The position numbers and the translations under genes are program-made. Of a DNA stretch of 64,000 nucleotides, positions 19,142-27,451 are shown one piece after another. This stretch comes from an uncultured Candidatus Binatia bacterium (lineage in GTDB: Bacteria; Desulfobacterota; Binatia; UBA9968; JAJDTQ01), in the NCBI GenBank assembly GCA_965242525.1, contig OZ251459.1, positions 3,456,001-3,520,000 of the forward strand. The letters run 5' to 3'. The notes under the pieces were generated by a model, which saw nothing but the letters and a program-made list of their open reading frames with translations, did not search any database and was not told where the DNA came from. Position 1 is the first letter of the stretch. Each line of letters begins with the position of its first letter.

Positions 19142-19330
19142 GTGGAAACCGCTGTGGGAAAACCGGGAAGCCTGTGGACATGCCGAGGGTTCCGCCGGGG
19201 GTCCGGCCGGCCAACGTGGAACACCGGGCGTTGCCGCGATTTGTTTTCCACCGAAAAGGTGTTTTAATGCCGGAGGGTTTCGAAGCCTATCCTGATATCC
19301 ACAGGCCCTACTATTACTCCTGTCTTCCTA
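19142..19330. promoter_or_regulatory. Probable oriC: DnaA-box cluster, GC motif and DnaA-trios
   Basis: Degenerate boxes (TGTGGGAAA, TGTGGACAT, TTTTCCACC); ATATCCACA 19295-19303 + GGCCC + TACTATTACT. Confidence 0.85.
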
Positions 19331-19376
19331 TGGATTCCCATGGAAGAGGATAGGGCCGCGTGATCCGGGAGGATAC

Positions 19377-20483
19377 ATGCACATCAAAGCCAAGCGGGAA
19401 GATTTGTCGGGCGCGTTGTACTGGACCCAGAGCACGGTGGAGCGGCGCAACACCATGCCGATCCTGGCCAACGTGCTGGTGGAGACCCACGCGAACCGGA
19501 TCCGGCTGACCGCAACGGACCTGGAGGTGGGGGTCCGGGCCGCCCTCGACGGGGAGATCGTCACCTCGGGCCGCATCACGTTGGACGCAAAGAAGCTCTA
19601 CGAGATCGTCCGCGAGCTGTCGGGCGACGCCATCGAATTGAAGCGACTGGAGAACGACCGGGTGGAGATCCAGTGCGGCAAGTCCGTGTTCAAGATGGTG
19701 GGGCTCGACGCCCAGGACTTCCCGGCCTTCGCCGCCATCCCCCAGGACGGGAAGAAGGAATGCCCGGCCCACGTCCTGAAGGAGATGATCGACAAGACCC
19801 TGTTCTCCATCTCCTCGGACGAGACCCGCTCCAACCTGAACGGCGCGCTGCTGCACGACCGCGAGGAGGCCCAGGTCCGGATGGTCACCACGGACGGCCA
19901 CCGGCTGTCGCTGGTGGAGAGGGAGATCGGACCGCTGGGCCTCGCCAAGGGAGTGATCATTCCGAGGAAGGGGCTGACCGAACTCAGGAGACTGCTGGAG
20001 GATTCGGGCGAAGACAGGGTCTCCATGGGTTTCTCCGACAACATGGCGTTCGTGTGGAGGGGCGACGTGGAGATGTCCATCCGGCTCATCGACGGGGAGT
20101 TTCCCGACTACGCGAGGGTCATACCGGCCGACAGCGCCAGCGAGGCCAACGTCTCCCAGAACAACTTCTTCCGCGCGTTGCGGCGGGTGGCGCTCCTGGC
20201 CAGCGACCGGTACCGCGGGGTGCGGGTGGAGTTCACCAGCGGGAACTTGGCCATCTCGGCCAACAACCCGGACCTGGGCGAGGCGGCCGAGGAAATGGAC
20301 GCGGAGTACGGCGGGGCGCGCATCTCCATCGGCTACAACGCCCAGTACCTGCTGGACGTCCTGGGCGTCCTGGAACCGGAGGACGTGGTGGTGATGGGCC
20401 TCAAGAACGACGAGAGCCCGACGCTGGTGAAGCGCAGCGGCGACGACAGGCTCCTGTACGTGGTGATGCCCATGAAGATCTGA
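19377..20483 (+). CDS. dnaN: DNA polymerase III beta clamp
   Basis: MPILANVL, ATDLE, TTDGHRL, LIDGEFPDY, VVMPMK. Confidence 0.98.
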   Translation: MHIKAKREDLSGALYWTQSTVERRNTMPILANVLVETHANRIRLTATDLEVGVRAALDGEIVTSGRITLDAKKLYEIVRELSGDAIELKRLENDRVEIQCGKSVFKMVGLDAQDFPAFAAIPQDGKKECPAHVLKEMIDKTLFSISSDETRSNLNGALLHDREEAQVRMVTTDGHRLSLVEREIGPLGLAKGVIIPRKGLTELRRLLEDSGEDRVSMGFSDNMAFVWRGDVEMSIRLIDGEFPDYARVIPADSASEANVSQNNFFRALRRVALLASDRYRGVRVEFTSGNLAISANNPDLGEAAEEMDAEYGGARISIGYNAQYLLDVLGVLEPEDVVVMGLKNDESPTLVKRSGDDRLLYVVMPMKI

Positions 20484-20557
20484 CCGGGGCTCCCTCGCGT
20501 CCGAACCGGAAAGACGCGCCGGTCAGGAAAGAATCGCCCGGAACCATCCCTGTTGCC

Positions 20558-21064
20558 ATGGCGGAGACGGCCCACGCCAAGAGGAGCCTCGAGTCGGTGT
20601 CCTGCTTCGTGGTCACGGTGAGCGACACCCGCGACCGGGCCTCGGACCGGAGCGGCGCCCTCATCCAGCGGCTGCTGGAGGAGAACGGCCACAGGGTGGC
20701 GGGCTACGAGATCGTCAGGGACGAGCCCGAAGACATCCGCGCCCTGCTGCGGAAGGCCTTGGCCGCGGAAGCGGTGGACGCGGTGCTGTTGAACGGCGGC
20801 ACCGGCATCGCGCCCAGGGACGGGACCTACGAGGTCGTCAGCGGCGTGCTGGACAAGCGCATCGAGGGGTTCGGGGAGCTGTTCCGTTTCCTGAGCTACC
20901 AGGACATCGGCGCCGGGGCCATGCTGAGCCGGGCCGTGGCCGGGGCCGCGGGCTCCCGGGTGGTGGTGTCGCTGCCGGGGTCGCGGGGTGCGGTGGAGCT
21001 GGCCATGACCAAGCTCCTGCTGCCGCAGTTGGGCCACATGGTCGCCCAGGTCCGGGGGCTATGA
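20558..21064 (+). CDS. moaB: Molybdenum cofactor biosynthesis protein MoaB/MogA family
   Basis: VTVSDTR..DRSG, GGTGIAPRDGT, GFGELFR, SLPGS. Confidence 0.9.
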   Translation: MAETAHAKRSLESVSCFVVTVSDTRDRASDRSGALIQRLLEENGHRVAGYEIVRDEPEDIRALLRKALAAEAVDAVLLNGGTGIAPRDGTYEVVSGVLDKRIEGFGELFRFLSYQDIGAGAMLSRAVAGAAGSRVVVSLPGSRGAVELAMTKLLLPQLGHMVAQVRGL

Positions 21065-21306
21065 GGGTCCGGGTCAAGCTCTTCGCCATGCTGCGGGAAC
21101 GGGCCGGGGCCGCGGACGCGGTCCACGACGTCCCCGAGGGCAGCACCGTGGACGACCTGTGGGACCGGCTCCTGCGGGACCACCAGAGACTCTCCGGCGT
21201 CGAGTGGACGCTCCTCTACGCGGTCAACGGCGAATACGTGGAGCGGCATCGGCGGCTGGCGGAGGGCGACGAGGTGGCGTTCATCCCGCCGGTGAGCGGA
21301 GGGTAG
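21061..21306 (+). CDS. moaD: Molybdopterin synthase sulfur carrier
   Basis: VKLFAMLRE, C-terminal PPVSGG. Confidence 0.93.
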   Translation: MRVRVKLFAMLRERAGAADAVHDVPEGSTVDDLWDRLLRDHQRLSGVEWTLLYAVNGEYVERHRRLAEGDEVAFIPPVSGG

Positions 21307-21310
21307 CCCG

Positions 21311-21793
21311 GTGTACCGGCTTACGGACCAACCCATCGACGTGCAGGAGTTGACCGCCTTCGTGGGCGACCCCGAGGCCGGCGCGGTGGCCACGTTCATC
21401 GGCGCCACCCGGGACCACAACGAAGGCCGGTCCGTGGTGTCCCTGGACTACGAGGCCTACCCCGGCATGGCCGAGCGGGAGATGGCCCGGCTCGGGGCCG
21501 AGGCCGGCGCCAAGTGGCGGATCACCCGCATCGCCATGGTCCACCGCATCGGCAACGTGCCCATCGGCGAGGCCAGCGTGGCCATCGCGGTGTCGGCGCC
21601 GCACCGGGACGACGCGTTCCGGGCGTGCCGGTACGCCATCGACGAGTTGAAGAAGCGCGTGCCCATCTGGAAGAAGGAGATCTACCGGGGCGGCGAGGTC
21701 TGGATCGGCACCCAGACCGGCCGGCGCTTCACCGACGCGGACCGCATGGGCTCCGAAGACCAAGGCCGACGAGCAGGAAGGTCATCGCAATGA
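21311..21793 (+). CDS. moaE: Molybdopterin synthase catalytic subunit
   Basis: GAVATFIG, YEAY, HRIG, PIWKKE. Confidence 0.95.
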   Translation: MYRLTDQPIDVQELTAFVGDPEAGAVATFIGATRDHNEGRSVVSLDYEAYPGMAEREMARLGAEAGAKWRITRIAMVHRIGNVPIGEASVAIAVSAPHRDDAFRACRYAIDELKKRVPIWKKEIYRGGEVWIGTQTGRRFTDADRMGSEDQGRRAGRSSQ

Positions 21794-21879
21794 TCATCGC
21801 CGCAATCATACTCATCGTTCTTTTGGCGCTGGCTATCTGGTTCGTGGGAGATTGGGATGAAGATGAAGATGGAGATTGA
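21790..21879 (+). CDS. Putative 29-aa single-pass membrane protein
   Basis: MIIAAIILIVLLALAIWFVGDWDEDEDGD; ATGA overlap with moaE stop, AGGAAGG upstream. Confidence 0.55.
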   Translation: MIIAAIILIVLLALAIWFVGDWDEDEDGD

Positions 21880-21912
21880 GCTTCCGGCGGCTTCGCGCCG
21901 GCGGCTGGCCGA

Positions 21913-22650
21913 CTACCGGCCGTCCTCCATGCGGAAGACGGCCTGGGCCGGCAGGTTCTCCAGGAGGCAGTCCACGGCGCCGTCGAGGTAGCCGCGGTCC
22001 TTGGACTCCACCGTGACCCGCACCTTGTAGTCCGGGTTGTCCAGCACCGGATAGGAGCCCAGCAGGATCTCGGGGAACCGTTCCAGCACGTGGTTGAGGG
22101 TCGCGGCGATGACGCCCTCGCCGTCCCTGACGTAGATGTTCCTCAGGTGGAACGGGGCCTCGCGGAAGCGCTCCTTGATGGCGTGGAAGCGTTCCTGGAG
22201 GATCCGCGGCACGCCGGCGAAGACGTAAACGTTCCGGAGCCGGATGACCGGAGCGAACAGCGCCCCGCCGCCCAGGAGCTCGGCGCCCTCCGGAACCATG
22301 GCCATGCGCAGCCGCGCCGGGTTGATGTCGGCGCCGTACCTCTCTGCCAGCCGCCGACGGAGTTGCGGGTGGATGACCGCGGGGGTCCCGAACCCCTGGG
22401 CGATGCCTTCGATGGTGACGTCGTCGTGGGTGGGGCCCACGCCGCCGGTGGTGAACACCAGGTCCCACTTGTCCGAGTAGCGCGCCGCGGTCCGCCCGAT
22501 CAGCTCGCGCTCGTCCGGTATCACTGTGACCCGTTGCACGTCCACGCCGAGGAGCCGCAACTCGCGGCAAAGGAAGGTCGAGTTGATGTCCTGGGTCTTT
22601 CCCGACAGGACCTCGTTGCCGATGATGATGATGCCCGCGGTCTTCGACAT
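21913..22650 (-). CDS. CinA N-terminal-like molybdopterin-binding domain protein
   Basis: IIIGNEVLSG..DIN, TGGVGPTHDDVT, GSYP. Confidence 0.88.
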   Translation of the reverse strand: MSKTAGIIIIGNEVLSGKTQDINSTFLCRELRLLGVDVQRVTVIPDERELIGRTAARYSDKWDLVFTTGGVGPTHDDVTIEGIAQGFGTPAVIHPQLRRRLAERYGADINPARLRMAMVPEGAELLGGGALFAPVIRLRNVYVFAGVPRILQERFHAIKERFREAPFHLRNIYVRDGEGVIAATLNHVLERFPEILLGSYPVLDNPDYKVRVTVESKDRGYLDGAVDCLLENLPAQAVFRMEDGR

Positions 22651-22721
22651 GGCGCAGACCATAACATGAGACGACGCCGGCCGGCAAAGAAGCGTTGGAT
22701 TGGCAGGGAGGGTCTGGACGG

Positions 22722-23462
22722 ATGAACGGGACGGAGAAGTTCCTGATCGACGTGGCGTATCCGTACTGGGAGACCGAGGCCGAGATCGCCCGGCGGTTCT
22801 TCCGGGGCAACCCCACCCGGGAGCAGCACATCTACTGGCTCAAGGCCCAGCTATGGAAGGAGCTGCACCCGGTGGACGGTTACTTCAGCGGCCTCCACCG
22901 GGAGCTGGCGAACCTCGTGGACCTGTTCCCGGAAGTCGATCGGACCGTCGATCGGCGTCACTACCACGGGCTCATGGAGCAGTTGGTGCAGGAGTTCAAC
23001 CACTACGTGCTCCAGGCCGACATCCTGGAGTACCTCCTCCGCCGCAAGATCGGCTCGGACGACACCGTCCGGTTGCCCCAGGAGAAGGCCCTCGGCGACC
23101 TCCGCCGCAGCCTGGTTTCCGGCTCCGCGGCGGAGAAGGCCGCGGTGCTGGTGACCGAAGGGGGAGGGGCGAGGCTCTTCCGCGAGGGCCGCAAGCTCAA
23201 GGGCGGCGTGCTCGAGCGCAAGATCGCTGCGGCCATGGAGGTCATCTACCGGGACGAGAAGAACCACTACCGGGCGGCGGCCCGGGAGGCCGCGGCCTCG
23301 GTGGGCGGCCGAGGCGACCTCCGGGTGATGAAGCGGGCCATCGAGCGGGTCAGCCTCCAGCGAGTCCACATGAGGAACGAGATGTTCCTGTTCCCGTTGT
23401 CGGGAGCGGACATCCGCCGGGGCCTGGAACGGTTCCGCCGAGTCGAAGGGACCGGGCCATAA
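22722..23462 (+). CDS. Hypothetical protein, ferritin-like diiron candidate
   Basis: Host-like codon use; two ExxH motifs (QEFNH, DEKNH) plus KE and TEGGG. Confidence 0.6.
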   Translation: MNGTEKFLIDVAYPYWETEAEIARRFFRGNPTREQHIYWLKAQLWKELHPVDGYFSGLHRELANLVDLFPEVDRTVDRRHYHGLMEQLVQEFNHYVLQADILEYLLRRKIGSDDTVRLPQEKALGDLRRSLVSGSAAEKAAVLVTEGGGARLFREGRKLKGGVLERKIAAAMEVIYRDEKNHYRAAAREAAASVGGRGDLRVMKRAIERVSLQRVHMRNEMFLFPLSGADIRRGLERFRRVEGTGP

Positions 23463-23520
23463 GCGCTCCCTTCGACTTCGCTACGCTCGGGACGAACGGG
23501 GACGATGGTTCAGGGTTTCC
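23462..23520 (-). repeat. Degenerate REP-A with one MITE end
   Basis: CCTTCGACTTCGCTACGCTCGGGACGAACGGGG..GGTTCAGGGTTTCC. Confidence 0.8.
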
Positions 23521-23588
23521 GGAAGTCCAACCGGAAAGGGACCCCACTGCACGGCTCGCAGCAGGTTCCTGCATGCCCGGACAGGCTT

Positions 23589-24389
23589 CTAGGGCCTGCC
23601 GGTCTGGTGGGGCCTGGGGCCGACGCAGACCCCGCGGCGGGACGAGCGGATGAAGTCCAGCAGCGCCCGGATGTCCCCGGAGGAGTCGGACAGGGTCGCT
23701 TCGAGCTCCTTTACCGCGGCGCCCAGGTTCCGCCTCTTGCGGAAGAGGATCTGGAAGGCGTTCTTCAGGACCCGTATCCTGGCCTCGTCGAAACCGGCCC
23801 GGCGCAGGCCCACGACGTTCAGCCCGCGCACCGTGTGCTGCCAGTCGATGATGGAGAACGGGGGAACGTCCCGGCTGGTGACGCTGCCGCCGCGCATGAG
23901 GGCCACCCGTCCGATGCGGACGAACTGGTGCACCGCGCAACTCGCCGAGATGACGGCGCAGTCGTCCACCTCCACGTAGCCGCCCAGCACCGCGTTGTTG
24001 GTCAGGATGACGCGGTTGCCCAGACGGCAGTTGTGAGCCACGTGGGAGTTGGCCATCAGGAAGTTGTCGTCGCCGATGACCGTGGCCGAATCGGGCGCGG
24101 TGCCCCGGTGGACCTGGACCCCTTCGCGGAAGACGTTGCGGTGGCCGATCCGAAGGTAGGACTTGGCGCCCCCATAGGACAGGTCCTGGGGCGCGTCGCC
24201 CAGAACCGCGCCACTGTGCACCCGGTTCCGTTCGCCCACCTCGGTCCAGCCCATGACGATGGCGTGGGGCATGAGCCGCGTCCCGGCGCCGATCCTGGCC
24301 GGACCGTCCACCACCGCATAGGGTCCCAACTCGGCGTCGGGATGGATTTCGGCCCGTGGGTCCACCACGGCTGTAGGATGGATCGGCAT
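23589..24389 (-). CDS. lpxA: Acyl-ACP--UDP-N-acetylglucosamine O-acyltransferase
   Basis: IHPTAVV, PQDL, HRGT, HVAHNC, VHQF, GLNVVGLRR. Confidence 0.92.
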   Translation of the reverse strand: MPIHPTAVVDPRAEIHPDAELGPYAVVDGPARIGAGTRLMPHAIVMGWTEVGERNRVHSGAVLGDAPQDLSYGGAKSYLRIGHRNVFREGVQVHRGTAPDSATVIGDDNFLMANSHVAHNCRLGNRVILTNNAVLGGYVEVDDCAVISASCAVHQFVRIGRVALMRGGSVTSRDVPPFSIIDWQHTVRGLNVVGLRRAGFDEARIRVLKNAFQILFRKRRNLGAAVKELEATLSDSSGDIRALLDFIRSSRRGVCVGPRPHQTGRP

Positions 24390-24401
24390 GGACGCCTTGC
24401 G

Positions 24402-24590
24402 TCATCGACGGTCGGGTTCGTCGATGGGCTGCGACTCCTCTTCCGGTTCGTCGCCGGCGATGCGGTACGTCCCCTCCGCCCAGGCGCCGAGGTCGAGGTA
24501 TCGACAACGCTCCGAACAGAAGGGCCGGTGGGGGTTGTCGGCCCAGGGGGCGTCAGCGCGGCAGACGGGGCACTTGACCAGGGTCGGCAT
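24402..24590 (-). CDS. yacG: DNA gyrase inhibitor YacG
   Basis: VKCPVC..RPFCSERC..DLGAWA..YRI. Confidence 0.93.
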   Translation of the reverse strand: MPTLVKCPVCRADAPWADNPHRPFCSERCRYLDLGAWAEGTYRIAGDEPEEESQPIDEPDRR

Positions 24591-24749
24591 TCTGTAACGG
24601 GCCGCGGGGGTGGATCGCGTTGCCGCGGCTCCCAGTATCGTGTAGCCTCTCCCTTTTGAGTAACAGTTCGACCACGGTTTTTCAAAACCTTCGCGGCAAG
24701 GAAGGGGGGTCGAGGGCGCGGGCCGGCGAAGGCACGGAGCAGCAAGGCC

Positions 24750-25667
24750 ATGAGCGACCGGTTGCCGATAATCATCCTGGCCGGCGGCAACGATCAACTG
24801 GAGACCATACCCGGGGGACTCACGGACCGGGACATGCTGCGCGGGTTCAAGGGAGCGGTGCCGCTGCCGTCCGGGCGCTGCATCGCCGGCGAGCTGGTCC
24901 AGCGGGTACGCGAGAGCGAGCGGTTCACGGAGCCCGTGCTGGTGGGGCCGCGGCGGGTTTACCGCGGCTTGGTGGACTGCGAGATAGCGGACACCAGCGG
25001 CGACCTCCTGGCCACCGTCACCACCTTGACCGGCCTGCTCACCGAGCGCTACCCGGAGCGGCCCGTGGCCGTTTCCGCCTGCGACATCCTTCCCACCGCG
25101 GCGGACTTCCGCACGTTGCTGGACCAGTCGTACGCGCCCCATGCCGACAGCGGGCTGTGGTGGCAGATGGTCGCCGCGGAGCCCGCGGAGATGGGGGTCA
25201 GTAGGTGGAAGCCCAGCTACCGCTTGCGGCCTTCCCCCGGCGGGCCGTTGCTCAACCTGTATCCCGGCCACCTGCTGATCCTCCGGCCCTGCGCGGTCCG
25301 CTTGGACTGGTTCAACCTGTTCCTGATGCTGGCCTACCGCTACCGCAACCGCAGCATCTACGAGCGCATGATCCGGATCACCCTCCGGGCCGTGGGCCTG
25401 TGGCTGGCGGAGGACTGGAGCCGGGCCGCCTCCTTCCAGCGGCCCGGGCGCACGCTCGCGGCCCCCTACGGCATCTTCCGCACCTACCTCAAGTACTGCC
25501 TGCAACGGCTCACGGTTCCCGAACTCGCTGACGAGCTGGGCCGGCAGGTCATGGCGCCCGACCGCTTGCCGGGGGTGGAGCATCCCGTGGCCATGGCGGT
25601 CACCCGGATACGGTCCTTCGCCAAGGACATCGACACGCAACAGGAGTTGGCGGAAATCGCGGGTTGA
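24750..25667 (+). CDS. Hypothetical protein, MobA-like nucleotidyltransferase fold candidate
   Basis: IIILAGG..KG at N-terminus, ACDI, C-terminal DIDT. Confidence 0.55.
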   Translation: MSDRLPIIILAGGNDQLETIPGGLTDRDMLRGFKGAVPLPSGRCIAGELVQRVRESERFTEPVLVGPRRVYRGLVDCEIADTSGDLLATVTTLTGLLTERYPERPVAVSACDILPTAADFRTLLDQSYAPHADSGLWWQMVAAEPAEMGVSRWKPSYRLRPSPGGPLLNLYPGHLLILRPCAVRLDWFNLFLMLAYRYRNRSIYERMIRITLRAVGLWLAEDWSRAASFQRPGRTLAAPYGIFRTYLKYCLQRLTVPELADELGRQVMAPDRLPGVEHPVAMAVTRIRSFAKDIDTQQELAEIAG

Positions 25668-25760
25668 CCGGCGCTTCCGTACCCCGCTTCCCGGCTCCTT
25701 CGCCCGCAGGCAGCAAGCCGGCCGGCGTTGCGGACGCCCCCACCCCGTCATTCCCGCAAA

Positions 25761-25865
25761 GGAAACTCTGAACGATTATCCCCGTTCGTCCTGAGCGTAG
25801 CGAAGTCGGAGGACGCGCTTTCCTGCAGGGAGAGGATGTCCAAGCCGGAATCGTTCAGGGTTTCC
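25761..25865 (+). mobile_element. MITE with REP-A inserted in a half REP-B, CAAA target duplication
   Basis: GGAAACTCTGAACGATT / AATCGTTCAGGGTTTCC; CAAA at 25757-25760 and 25866-25869. Confidence 0.9.
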
Positions 25866-25954
25866 CAAAGCCCACCCACGTAGAAGCCTACCCTGTCATT
25901 CGAAGATTCAAAGCCCATTCCGTCATTCCCGCGAAAGCGGGAATCCAGACGGAC

Positions 25955-26011
25955 CATGGCACTCTGTATGTCGGTGTCACGTCGAATTCCGTTCCGCGGA
26001 TCTGGCAAAAG
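25955..26011 (+). pseudogene. N-terminal remnant of a GIY-YIG nuclease
   Basis: Translates HGTLYVGVTSNSVPRIWQK (YIG-box region, GTLYxGVTSxLxxRIWQHK type). Confidence 0.8.
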
Positions 26012-26019
26012 CGAGCGAA

Positions 26020-26095
26020 GGAAGGTCTGATCAATGAGCGCGTCCTTCGACTTCGCTACGCTCAGGATGAACGGGGATAATCGTTCAGAGTTTCC
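26020..26095 (-). mobile_element. Minimal 76-bp MITE with REP-A
   Basis: GGAAGGTCTGATCAAT / ATCGTTCAGAGTTTCC; flanks CGAA / TGAA. Confidence 0.82.
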
Positions 26096-26135
26096 TGAAG
26101 TGAGTGGATTCCCGCTTTCGCGGGAATGACGGAGT

Positions 26136-26223
26136 GAAGGCGTCCGCGGGGGGTCAAGGAGAGGACGCTGCGGAGGGTTGAAGGCGTCCGCAAGGGGGCT
26201 AGGAGGGGACGCTGCAGAGGGTC
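26136..26223. repeat. Two tandem ~44-bp hairpin units
   Basis: TGAAGGCGTCCGC..GGACGCTGC.GAGGGT twice; derived from the REP-B flank GCGGACGCCTTCAC. Confidence 0.7.
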
Positions 26224-26319
26224 AGGGAGGGGAGCCGCACAGGGAGGGGACGCCGCAACCGGATGGATGGCGCCGCATGGAACGGGCGCTGAGGGAACTC
26301 CTGGCGAAGGTCCGGGCTT

Positions 26320-27051
26320 CTATTCGGTGACCCCGGCGAGCCACTCGTCGAAGAACTGCGGCCCGTGGCGCTCCAGTGCGGGCGCGAACCGGGAGGTGGA
26401 GTTGCGGAGTTGCGCCACCGAGACGCCCGGGGTGGTCTCGATCTCCAGGGCGTGGCCGATGAACCACCGTTCGAGTCCGTCCGAGGTCGCTTCCGGGTGG
26501 AACTGGAGGGCGAGGGTGTGTCCGTCCCAGAGGAACGCCTGGTTCTCGCACGCGGGGGTCGAGGCCAGGAGGGCCGCGCCCCGGGGCAGGTCGAAGGTGT
26601 CCCCGTGCCAGTGGAGCACCTGCGTCCGGTCGGGCGCCAGGTGGCGCAGGGGGGAGGCGCTGCCGGCCTCGGTCAGGGACAGGGGGCTCCAGCCGATCTC
26701 CTTGCCCCCGGCGCCGAACACCCGGTAGCCCAGGGCACGGGCCATGAGCTGGGCGCCCAGGCAGATGCCCAGGGACGGCCGCCCGCGGGCGAGCCGGCGC
26801 TCCAGCAATCGGACCTCGTCGGCGAGGAAGGGGTACTGCCGTTCGTCGGCTGCGCTGATGGGGCCGCCGAGCACCATGAGCAGGTCCGCGCCCGCGGCGT
26901 CCGCCTGGTCCAGGCGGTCCGTTCCCGCCTCCAGGTACTCGATCCGGTAACCGGCGCGGATGAGGGGCGCGGCAAACGATCCCAGGTCCTCGAAAGCCAC
27001 GTGCCGGATTACCACGGCGCGCCTGTGCAGGGCGGAATCGGTATCGACCAT
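26320..27051 (-). CDS. Class I glutamine amidotransferase
   Basis: RHVAFEDLG, GICLGAQ, WHGDTF, QFHPE. Confidence 0.92.
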   Translation of the reverse strand: MVDTDSALHRRAVVIRHVAFEDLGSFAAPLIRAGYRIEYLEAGTDRLDQADAAGADLLMVLGGPISAADERQYPFLADEVRLLERRLARGRPSLGICLGAQLMARALGYRVFGAGGKEIGWSPLSLTEAGSASPLRHLAPDRTQVLHWHGDTFDLPRGAALLASTPACENQAFLWDGHTLALQFHPEATSDGLERWFIGHALEIETTPGVSVAQLRNSTSRFAPALERHGPQFFDEWLAGVTE

Positions 27052-27079
27052 CAGCGGAAACCTGCGTTGGACGATCCCG

Positions 27080-27184
27080 GGAAAACTCTGACCAATCGAG
27101 CCGTGGGCGAGGGCATTCCCTCGCGTGACCCTTCCATCCCCGTTCGTCCTGAGCGTAGCGAAGCGGAGTCGAAGGACGCGCTCC
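27080..27184 (+). mobile_element. Truncated MITE with REP-A
   Basis: GGAAAACTCTGACCAATCGAG left end, REP-A core, right end missing. Confidence 0.78.
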
Positions 27185-27185
27185 G

Positions 27186-27338
27186 TCACCTTCTCACGAG
27201 GCCCATTGCGACGCCTATCTTGACAAGGCCGCATCCCAGTAGCCAGAGCACATCCATTACGATGACCAACCCGTACATCACCATAGAAAACAGCAGGAGC
27301 ACCAAACAAAACAGCAGGAACACCAGCAGCTCGATCAT
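27186..27338 (-). CDS. Putative 50-aa hydrophobic membrane protein (not in ORF track)
   Basis: MIELLVFLLFCLVLLLFSMVMYGLVIVMDVLWLLGCGLVKIGVAMGLVRR; GGGAGG 8 nt upstream. Confidence 0.6.
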   Translation of the reverse strand: MIELLVFLLFCLVLLLFSMVMYGLVIVMDVLWLLGCGLVKIGVAMGLVRR

Positions 27339-27451
27339 CCCGCTTGCCTCCCTGGATCAACCGCAGGCACCGGCCCCACTCATGGCGGCCCTTGACCCTC
27401 TTGCCCCGGACCTTCCCACTAACGCGGAAAAGTCCTAAACTCAAACGCGGC

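Larger units (their letters stand above)
25921..26131. repeat. REP-B inverted doublet enclosing a GIY-YIG remnant and a nested MITE
   Basis: REP-B at 25921-25946 (+) and 26106-26131 (-). Confidence 0.9.

Noticed and set aside
19673-21064. 463-aa MoaB fusion
   Set aside because: Upstream part is an off-frame read of dnaN; MoaB starts at 20558
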